From a virus, in IMG/VR virus record IMGVR_UViG_3300036782_000034, positions 1 to 46,324 of that record: a stretch of 46,324 bases of DNA, one strand, 5' to 3'. Each line of letters opens with the position of its first letter. The first letter of the stretch is position 1. Below the pieces are notes generated by a model. That model ran no database searches and had not been told where the DNA came from. It worked only from the letters and a program-made list of their open reading frames with translations. A program made the translations under genes and the position numbers. This document shows, one piece after another, positions 13,872 through 20,393 of this stretch.

Positions 13872-15029
13872 TCACCCAACTAAATTATAGCATTTTTGGG
13901 ACATTATGCCTAGGTTTTTCTTCGCCAAATACGAATAAAAAATATCGGAAGATCGCTCGAATAAATCCAAAGCATCGCTTAATATTTGTGGGTCATTCCC
14001 CTTCGCTATTCCTAGATAAGTTAAGCCAAAAGCACCTAGCTTCCCTTTAGTTTTCAATACCTCTTCTAAAATACTTATTGCTTTTTTTGCATTGCCTTTT
14101 TGTATTTCTAAATAAGCCTTTTCGACTTCATCCTTAGGTTCGATATTGTTCAGATCTACCTTCCAATGTATCTTCAAGAAGTCGACCGTATTCAATATCA
14201 TATTTTTCCGCTTCATCATTTGATTACCAGGACCATTCACTATAATGCTAGCGGCAGAGTTTAAATAACCTAACGATTTGTGATAATCCGTAAAAATATA
14301 CGATTCTCCTAGTACACCATACGCTGTTGCTTTAAAGATAGGGAATAACATGTCTGAGTTATCATCATTGATTATTCCATGGCATATACTTCTTAGTTTT
14401 TGGATTTCATTACATGTTAACAATCCATAAATAGTAGCTTCTTGTATTTTAAATTTTAAAAAGGCCTTAGCATAATCGTCTTCTAACTCTTCGACCTTCT
14501 CATGTAATTCTTCAGAAAGTCGAATCATCGACTTATAGTTTTTCTGGTCATACCTAATATGAAGAAGAACTATACCCTTGAGAATCTCAAATTCAACATT
14601 TTTTGACTTAATACCCTCTACTTTTTCTTTATAAACTTTTAATAAGCTATCTCCAGATAAATCACCTTTGTATCGCAAATATATTAATCTGCATACCGTT
14701 TCCCAATCATGTTTAATTGTTGATTCATTTAACAGCTCCGCTACAGTGTCTAATTCCCCGTGTGCTAGTAAATAATATACGGCTACCTTTTTATTACCCT
14801 GTCTCTTCAAGACGCTAGAATATTCGCGACAAAAACTCCTTCTCGCATTAATATCATCGGGATAAACTTCCTTTAAAATCACTCCGTATTTGTTAAAAAC
14901 GAGTTGATGTTTTCCTTTTAAGAATCTTGATAATGTCGCTCCATCAATATCTATCCTCTTCACGAGTTGGGTTCTATTGATATTCTTACTATTCATATCA
15001 TCAGATATTTTACTTAACACTTTTTGCAT
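13872..15029 (-). CDS. aimR: RRNPP-family peptide receptor/transcription regulator, AimR-like (385 aa, N-terminal HTH + TPR-like helical repeats)
   Basis: Start set at the ATG at 15029 (AAGGGGAG 7 nt upstream; the track start is a TTG). HTH-like INRTQLVKRIDIDGATLSRFLKG, then about 300 aa of helical repeat sequence. Size, architecture and the immediately downstream pro-peptide ORF match AimR-AimP organisation. Confidence 0.7.
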   Translation of the reverse strand: MQKVLSKISDDMNSKNINRTQLVKRIDIDGATLSRFLKGKHQLVFNKYGVILKEVYPDDINARRSFCREYSSVLKRQGNKKVAVYYLLAHGELDTVAELLNESTIKHDWETVCRLIYLRYKGDLSGDSLLKVYKEKVEGIKSKNVEFEILKGIVLLHIRYDQKNYKSMIRLSEELHEKVEELEDDYAKAFLKFKIQEATIYGLLTCNEIQKLRSICHGIINDDNSDMLFPIFKATAYGVLGESYIFTDYHKSLGYLNSAASIIVNGPGNQMMKRKNMILNTVDFLKIHWKVDLNNIEPKDEVEKAYLEIQKGNAKKAISILEEVLKTKGKLGAFGLTYLGIAKGNDPQILSDALDLFERSSDIFYSYLAKKNLGIMSQKCYNLVG

Positions 15030-15118
15030 AACTTTGCTCCCCTTTTTTCGGAACAAAAGACACGTTATACCCAAATTTTAACTTTTACAGGAAAACGCGT
15101 CACTACATTCAAGAGATG

Positions 15119-15127
15119 TGTTATAAT
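15119..15127 (+). promoter_or_regulatory. Extended -10 promoter element TGtTATAAT, divergent from the receptor gene
   Basis: tgttataat at 15119..15127. The same 9-mer occurs at 266..274. Confidence 0.45.
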
Positions 15128-15134
15128 TTTATGT

Positions 15135-15226
15135 AAGACTTGCAGTAAGTGTTTTCCCTACGGCATTAGGGAAAGCGGTACTATGGTGTTCGTTGCACCT
15201 TAGTACACGCTGTGAGTCTTTTTTAC
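15135..15226 (+). ncRNA. Candidate ~90-nt structured small RNA (three-helix junction ending in a U-tract)
   Basis: Outer helix 15135-15145 / 15210-15220 (two G-U pairs on plus only). Inner hairpins 15153-15159/15168-15174 and 15178-15188/15196-15206. Followed by tttttt. Starts about 8 nt after the -10. Confidence 0.4.
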
Positions 15227-15352
15227 GTCCGTTTTTAGTTATTATCATTTTAACACAAATTTCCCAAAATTCAGTCGTAGAGTTATCAGACTATTATTGA
15301 GAAAGTTGAGAAACCGCTGTGTAACAACGTTTCTCGAATTAAAATAATTTGA

Positions 15353-15368
15353 ATATGCAATTATGCAT
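15353..15368. promoter_or_regulatory. Operator-like inverted repeat ATATGCA-at-TATGCAT (TATGCA motif family)
   Basis: Read directly. Related palindromes at 15388..15397 and 16174..16191. Confidence 0.4.
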
Positions 15369-15387
15369 TTAGACGTTTGAAGAACCC

Positions 15388-15397
15388 ATATGCATAT
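15388..15397. promoter_or_regulatory. 10-bp palindrome ATATGCATAT (TATGCA motif family)
   Basis: Read directly. Confidence 0.4.
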
Positions 15398-15524
15398 TTT
15401 ACCACTAATTCAACCAAAAGAGAACATAGGTTCTTATATTTATTTTAGTTGAGATTAGAAATATATCAAAATCTTATAAATGACAATACATCTATCATTT
15501 GTAGTATATCGATATTTCTATAAC

Positions 15525-15530
15525 TATAAT
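15525..15530 (+). promoter_or_regulatory. -10 hexamer TATAAT placed 6 nt before the ATG of the second XRE gene (possible leaderless mRNA)
   Basis: tataat at 15525-15530, then gtcact, then the ATG at 15537. No Shine-Dalgarno is present. Confidence 0.35.
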
Positions 15531-15536
15531 GTCACT

Positions 15537-15881
15537 ATGAAAACTTTAGGTGAAACTTTAAAAAAACTTAGAAAAAGTCGTTCGTTAAGACAAGCTGATT
15601 TAGCTCATGAACTAAATCTCAGCAGAAGCCAGATCAACAATTATGAAAATGGTTTTTCTGAACCTGACCTAACGACAATGTTTCGTCTCGCCTCCTATTT
15701 CAATGTAACGTTAGACGTACTTACTGGACGTACTGACGTTATTGATGATGATAAGTTACATAATACTCTCTTAGGTGTTCAAAAGACGTATGGGGCGTTA
15801 TCTGAAAGCCAAAGAGAAAACTTTTGCAAACAACTTGATCATTATGTGAGATTCCTAGGCGAGAATAACGAAGTGCTGTGA
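15537..15881 (+). CDS. Second XRE-family HTH regulator (114 aa)
   Basis: HTH_3 pattern LRKSRSLRQADLAHELNLSRSQINNYENGFSEPD begins right after Met20 of track ORF 15480..15881. The upstream 19 codons look non-coding. Confidence 0.75.
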   Translation: MKTLGETLKKLRKSRSLRQADLAHELNLSRSQINNYENGFSEPDLTTMFRLASYFNVTLDVLTGRTDVIDDDKLHNTLLGVQKTYGALSESQRENFCKQLDHYVRFLGENNEVL

Positions 15882-15975
15882 TTCGGATGTTGTGCCTCTG
15901 TTGCTTTCATCATAAAAGAAAACTTTTCCAATATCTAGAGGTAAAATTTGACATAATTTTACCAATCTTACCATC

Positions 15976-15998
15976 GAGAGCAAACGCTCTCTTTTTTT
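15976..15998 (+). terminator. Intrinsic terminator after the second XRE gene
   Basis: gagagc-aaac-gctctc followed by T7. Confidence 0.7.
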
Positions 15999-16026
15999 GT
16001 ATATAGGGGGAACTATATACAAAAAA
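15993..16026. repeat. 13-bp perfect inverted repeat ttttttgtatata / tatatacaaaaaa
   Basis: Read directly. Loop gggggaac. Shares the T-run with the preceding terminator. Confidence 0.7.
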
Positions 16027-16135
16027 CACTGCAACCATAACGCTCAAGGCTTGTGCATTTGATTATATTTTATAACCAGCTATTCTGACGGAATAGAGGT
16101 AAAATGTTCTTGTTAAACCATAAAATAGTTGAAAA

Positions 16136-16164
16136 TTGACCGTTTTTGTTTAATTTAATGTAAT
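16136..16164 (+). promoter_or_regulatory. Sigma-A-type promoter TTGACC-17-TGTAAT
   Basis: ttgacc at 16136-16141, 17-nt spacer, tgtaat at 16159-16164. Confidence 0.55.
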
Positions 16165-16170
16165 CCTATT

Positions 16171-16373
16171 AAAATATGCAATATTGCATATCCATTAACT
16201 GTAATACGACCCTTATTTTGCTGATAACATGTTAGTTACAGATATGCTACGATACGCAAGTATGAACCGCTATTGCTAACGTTTAGTGGTCCATCATTCA
16301 CATGCTAGGAGCATAGTTTCCTAGATTGCGGTTTCATTCCGCAGCCCTTAACTATTCGTTGAGGGCTTTTTTT
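16171..16373 (+). promoter_or_regulatory. ~200-nt structured leader or short transcript ending in a terminator, 90 nt upstream of the 16464 ORF
   Basis: Hairpins accgcta/tagtggt (16266-16289), ctagga/tcctag (16305-16324) and tgcgg/ccgca (16327-16343). Terminator stem 16343-16352/16358-16367 (one G-U) followed by T7. Confidence 0.4.
16174..16191. promoter_or_regulatory. Perfect 18-bp palindrome ATATGCAATATTGCATAT at about +4 to +21 of the 16136 promoter (operator)
   Basis: Read directly. Same TATGCA half-site as at 15353 and 15388. Confidence 0.55.
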
Positions 16374-16463
16374 ATTTTCATTCGACAAAATACGACAAAA
16401 TAGTTGTAATTGAATTTGTTATGCTTGGGTTGAAATCTTACATTCTGGAGGAGACAAATAAAA

Positions 16464-17552
16464 ATGGGGAATAAAAACAAAGAGAAAAAACCTAGCGAGT
16501 CGCAACTTGCCCAACAAGCGATAGCGAATAAATATCAAACTTCACCTATTATCGTAGAAGCTAAGTTTAGTTCAACTGATCGTGGCTATGCCGCTGTAGA
16601 TAAAGATCACATTCAACTTTTCAAGTTCAATAAAGGGACACAAGACGTTTCTAGCGTCGGTACATACAACTTTGATGAATATGACACTGTTACTATTGAT
16701 AAATTCGCTGTTAAAGCTGTTATGGAGTTTAAAGGGATGAATAAAACGTTCGTATTTATGCCAATTCAACAAACAAACGATATTGAACGTTTAATCAAAA
16801 CGAACACTTCTATTCAAATCGATAAAGTAGAACGTAAATTACATAACAAAATATTAGGGTTCCGATCAAATACAAAGTGGAAAATGATTGTAGCAAGTGC
16901 TGTATATCTATTTATTGTAGTTGCTGCTGTTAGCGGGTTTATAGATAAGAAAGAAGAAAAGGTTGCCAGTTCACAAGTTTCTCAAACTAACAATGAACCA
17001 GCAAAAAAATCATCAGCATTAGATCATGCACCAAAAGAAACAGCCAGTAAGCCTAAAGATACAGCTCTAAAAATGGATGATGGCCGTAATGTAAACATGG
17101 AGATTTACAACAAATACAACGTGAAATATCCGTCTCTCGATCCAACTACAAAGGATAAGGATTCAATGGAACATTTTGAAAAGATGGCTGAGAAGTATAG
17201 CATGTCTGTACCAGAATACATTTCAAAAGAAAAAGAAATCGTTGCTGCTAATGTTCAAAAAGAAAAAGAGGCAAAACAAAAAGCTGATGAGGATAACAAG
17301 CAGCGTGTCGGAGCTAGTAAACCAACTATCTCAAAAGACGAGTTTGACAGAATCGAAAATGGTATGACATACGATCAAGTAAAAGAAATTATCGATAGTG
17401 ATGGCGAGGTTATGTCTGAATCTGGAGATAAAGGAACTGAATACTACACAATCATGTACATGTGGAAAGGTGAAGGCTCACCAGGAGCTAATGCTAATTT
17501 CATGTTCCAAGGTGGTAAGCTGAACAATAAAGCCCAGTTCGGATTGAAATAA
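16464..17552 (+). CDS. Single-pass membrane protein: cytoplasmic N-domain, TM helix (WKMIVASAVYLFIVVAAVSGFI), extracellular K/E-rich linker and a C-terminal small beta-rich domain (DUF3862-like)
   Basis: GGAGGAG RBS 10 nt upstream. One clear TM segment. The C-terminal pattern ISKDEFDRIENGMTYDQVKEIIDSDGEV...YMWKGEG resembles DUF3862 lipoprotein domains (by eye). Confidence 0.7.
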   Translation: MGNKNKEKKPSESQLAQQAIANKYQTSPIIVEAKFSSTDRGYAAVDKDHIQLFKFNKGTQDVSSVGTYNFDEYDTVTIDKFAVKAVMEFKGMNKTFVFMPIQQTNDIERLIKTNTSIQIDKVERKLHNKILGFRSNTKWKMIVASAVYLFIVVAAVSGFIDKKEEKVASSQVSQTNNEPAKKSSALDHAPKETASKPKDTALKMDDGRNVNMEIYNKYNVKYPSLDPTTKDKDSMEHFEKMAEKYSMSVPEYISKEKEIVAANVQKEKEAKQKADEDNKQRVGASKPTISKDEFDRIENGMTYDQVKEIIDSDGEVMSESGDKGTEYYTIMYMWKGEGSPGANANFMFQGGKLNNKAQFGLK

Positions 17553-17555
17553 AAA

Positions 17556-17584
17556 AGGCACTCATTCGAGTGTCTTCTCTTTTT
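17556..17584 (+). terminator. Intrinsic terminator after 16464..17552
   Basis: aggcactc-attc-gagtgtct stem (one G-U) followed by a T-rich tail. Confidence 0.6.
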
Positions 17585-17719
17585 GTCTTCTTTAAAAATT
17601 TCACGTACTATATCTGATTGATAAAACCAAATTCAGATATAAGGCTATGCTAACAGTCCCCCACTATAATAAAAACCCCCTAAATAGGAGGTTCATAAGT
17701 AAATAGTTAAACATCGCAT

Positions 17720-17755
17720 ATAACTATTGCTTTAAAGAGACAGTCATTTAATTTT
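17720..17755. repeat. Direct repeat copy 1 (ataactattgctttaaagagacagtcatttaatttt)
   Basis: Matches 17780..17815 with a few mismatches, offset exactly 60 bp. Lies just downstream of the rep stop. Confidence 0.7.
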
Positions 17756-17779
17756 TTATCTACCGTACTGATTAGACAA

Positions 17780-17815
17780 ATAACCAATGCTTTAAAAGGA
17801 CAGTCATTTAATTTT
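17780..17815. repeat. Direct repeat copy 2 (ataaccaatgctttaaaaggacagtcatttaatttt)
   Basis: See copy 1. Overlaps the rep stop codon. Confidence 0.7.
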
Positions 17816-19130
17816 ATATTTGTTTTTTTAATTGGCTAACCCTAGCAGGTGTTATACCCATTATTTTAGCTATCTCTTTACCTTTTAATCTTGGATTATT
17901 TTCTACTATCTCTTTTAACTGTTTAATTTTTTCATCTTTTTCATTAGTTTTAGACGTTTGATGTTCTTCCCAACTGACTGATCCACGTGCTTTTCGTTTT
18001 CTTAATTTATCTCTACGTTTAATTTCTTCAGAATCAATCAACGTATCCATAATTTCAAGCTCTGTTTCTGTCAGTTTAATGTCTAACTTCTTAAAAATCG
18101 TCTCTGTTTTCATTGGTTTTATTAAACCGTAGGGTAATCCTTGTTTACTGAAGTTGTTAGCCGAAAACGCATCGAAAAACGCAATTGCATCTTTGTACGC
18201 ATCTTTTGCCGTCCGTTCTATTTCTTTTCGTTTTTGTGGTTCTTTGAACTTATTGTTTAATTGAAACGTCATTTCTAACGTCGCTGTTTGATTTTTAACG
18301 ATTAAAGCAGTGGTGAAGGCATAAATGTATGTCATGTCGTGTCTGTGCTCTATTTCGCCGTTTCTGAGCATTACAATCTTCTCTAGATCTGATTTTCTTT
18401 TTGTATTCAAACTATAAAGGTTCATTACACCTTTTTGAGACGGTAATGTTGAAATTGACCCCTTTTTACGTGTCGCTGTGCGTTTTGGTTGTCTCTTTTT
18501 TTCTAAAGGTGGCACATAGTCATACAATTCCTGTAATTCGTGCTCGCGCCTTGTCCAAATTTCAAGACCTATTTGCTTTCCGGTTTTGCTATGAGTTGTA
18601 TATGGCATGCGCAAAACCCTTGAAAGGTCACTACATGATCCGTCGGCTCCTAATGGCATTAACATTTTTATAAAATGATTCGTTATGTATTGAGATAAAA
18701 ACGCCATTTGTGGAGCAGCTCCGCCTTGTACAGTGTAAATCAGTTGCATTCCTCTTCCGTACATGACAAGGTTTGGACATGGTAACAGTCCTTCAGCAAT
18801 ACAATCTTGCAAATTCTGAATCACGTATTCTTTTGAGATATCCAACTTGTAAAAATCTAAATCTACTCCAATGTTTCTTATTTGCTTTAAATCCGTCGCT
18901 TTCCTACTTCCGAATGTGAAACTATTCAGAGACAGATAAAAGTCCTTATTTGAGGGATTAGACATATTTGAAAGAGTTTTAACGTCGTTCGTGCCTATCC
19001 ATAATTGTTTTTTATCGTTGCCGCTTAAATCTAAAACAGCTATATATCCACTTTTTTTATGTTCTGATAGATAGCATTCATGCCAATCATCAATAAACGT
19101 TTCCTGCGACTTCCGTATCGCTAAAGACAT
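17814..19130 (-). CDS. Plasmid-type replication initiator, archaeo-eukaryotic-primase (Prim-Pol)-like N-domain with a C-terminal HTH
   Basis: 438 aa. IGVDLDF (DxD), GRGMQLIY and LRMPYTTHSKTGK resemble AEP motifs I-III. C-terminal KGKEIAKIMGITPARVSQLKK is HTH-like. AGGAGG RBS. Confidence 0.6.
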   Translation of the reverse strand: MSLAIRKSQETFIDDWHECYLSEHKKSGYIAVLDLSGNDKKQLWIGTNDVKTLSNMSNPSNKDFYLSLNSFTFGSRKATDLKQIRNIGVDLDFYKLDISKEYVIQNLQDCIAEGLLPCPNLVMYGRGMQLIYTVQGGAAPQMAFLSQYITNHFIKMLMPLGADGSCSDLSRVLRMPYTTHSKTGKQIGLEIWTRREHELQELYDYVPPLEKKRQPKRTATRKKGSISTLPSQKGVMNLYSLNTKRKSDLEKIVMLRNGEIEHRHDMTYIYAFTTALIVKNQTATLEMTFQLNNKFKEPQKRKEIERTAKDAYKDAIAFFDAFSANNFSKQGLPYGLIKPMKTETIFKKLDIKLTETELEIMDTLIDSEEIKRRDKLRKRKARGSVSWEEHQTSKTNEKDEKIKQLKEIVENNPRLKGKEIAKIMGITPARVSQLKKQI

Positions 19131-19192
19131 AAGAAAATAGCCTCCTTATTCAAATAAAAGGAAGCTACACAAGACACTTTTTTTACTTTACC

Positions 19193-19226
19193 TGTCTGTC
19201 TCTTTTTGTTATTATAAAGACAGACA
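19193..19226 (-). promoter_or_regulatory. Candidate rep promoter: minus-strand TATAAT (19211-19216) bracketed by the 9-bp inverted repeat TGTCTGTCT / AGACAGACA
   Basis: Read directly. The -10 lies about 80 nt upstream of the rep ATG. The -35 match is weak. Confidence 0.45.
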
Positions 19227-19292
19227 TTAAGTTTGTTCTGTGTAGCGCATGCTAATAGAACAACATTATTACCTTGTGTAACTATTATAGAA

Positions 19293-19355
19293 GGATCCAT
19301 TCTCAAACTTTGGTCGGAGCGAGAATGGGTCCTTTCGTCTTTTATTCCGTTTTTT
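19293..19355 (+). other. 12-bp hairpin (one G-U on plus) followed by a T-rich tract
   Basis: ggatccattctc (19293-19304) / gagaatgggtcc (19321-19332), then tttcgtcttttattccgtttttt. Confidence 0.4.
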
Positions 19356-19400
19356 CTACAATTATTGTAACGCAAGATTACTAGAGATACAAGGACAGAC

Positions 19401-19426
19401 GACAAGCGATAGGCTTGTCTTTTTTT
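19401..19426 (+). terminator. Hairpin gacaagc-gatag-gcttgtc + T7
   Basis: Read directly. The same stem sequence (gacaagc...gcttgtc) recurs at 11213..11230. Confidence 0.5.
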
Positions 19427-19482
19427 ATGTCTTTATGCAGGAGAAGGCTTGTTACTACAGAATTAATTATCATTACGTTAGA

Positions 19483-19511
19483 TTGACAAAACTGTAATGA
19501 TATGTTTTTAT
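19483..19511 (+). promoter_or_regulatory. Candidate parA promoter TTGACA-17-TTTTAT
   Basis: ttgaca at 19483-19488. The -10 is weak. Confidence 0.4.
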
Positions 19512-19533
19512 TTTGTTATTGATTAAATAACGA

Positions 19534-19570
19534 AACGTTAACGTTCCGTTAACATGAAAACAACGTTAAC
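19534..19570. repeat. Centromere-like cluster of CGTTAAC boxes, including the 12-bp palindrome AACGTTAACGTT
   Basis: GTTAAC at 19537, 19548 and 19565. Palindrome at 19534-19545. Immediately upstream of parA. Confidence 0.55.
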
Positions 19571-19598
19571 ATAACATTAAAATAATGGAGGTGTCTTT

Positions 19599-20393
19599 AT
19601 GGCCTACAAATTAGCGTTTGTGCAGAACAAAGGTGGCGTTTTGAAGACTTCTATGGCTGTAAATACAGCTGGATTGTTCGCTAAACAAGGGGAAAAAGTA
19701 TTGATTGTTGATGCTGACGAACAAGGAAACGTGTTACTATCATTTGGTAAAAATCCGGATGAATACAAACTAACATTGTATGATGTTCTTGTTGATTATG
19801 TATCACCAAAAGCAGCAATCATTAATGTTTATGAAAATATTGATGTGCTGCCGTCTAATACCGATATGGGTTTTTTAGATTTTGACATTTTACCCCATCA
19901 AGATAAGTATATTAATCCATTCCTTTTATTAAAGGTCGCTCTAATGTCTATCGAAGAACATTATGATGTTATTATTTTTGATAGTCCGCCTAGTTCCGGA
20001 TTAATTCAAAGTAACGTTATTTGCTGTACGGACAATATCATTATTCCTTTCCAACCAGAAAGATATAATGTTAGATCTTTAATTAAGTTGATCGATGTAC
20101 TTAAAGGTTTCCGCGAACAAAACAATCCCGATCTGAAAATTGTAGGTGTAGCATCTACACTTGTACAAAAAAACACGGTTTTACATCAAAGTGTTATGCA
20201 AGATGCAAAAGAATTTTGTGAATCAGAAGATGTACACTATTTCGATACGTTTATACCTAAGACTATTCAATTTGCTAATGCAATCGCTAATGAAGAATTG
20301 CCGTTAACTTTAGCAAAGAAAAATAATGAATTTGCCTTGTATTATAAAAATCTATTTAAGGAGATGAATGAGCGTGAGTCGCAAAATGTCTAA
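19599..20393 (+). CDS. parA: ParA-family partition ATPase (deviant Walker A)
   Basis: NKGGVLKTS (KGGxxKT), DADEQGN and IIFDSPPS motifs. GGAGG RBS. Confidence 0.9.
   Translation: MAYKLAFVQNKGGVLKTSMAVNTAGLFAKQGEKVLIVDADEQGNVLLSFGKNPDEYKLTLYDVLVDYVSPKAAIINVYENIDVLPSNTDMGFLDFDILPHQDKYINPFLLLKVALMSIEEHYDVIIFDSPPSSGLIQSNVICCTDNIIIPFQPERYNVRSLIKLIDVLKGFREQNNPDLKIVGVASTLVQKNTVLHQSVMQDAKEFCESEDVHYFDTFIPKTIQFANAIANEELPLTLAKKNNEFALYYKNLFKEMNERESQNV

Noticed and set aside
13872-15074. Track start (TTG at 15074) giving a 400-aa receptor
   Set aside because: The ATG at 15029 has AAGGGGAG at ideal spacing. The 15 extra codons (MGITCLLFRKKGSKV) overlap that RBS. The 385-aa form was used.
19121-19405. 94-aa minus-strand ORF upstream of rep
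   Set aside because: It has no RBS and a non-ATG start. It runs through the rep promoter candidate, inverted repeats and hairpins, and its composition looks non-coding.
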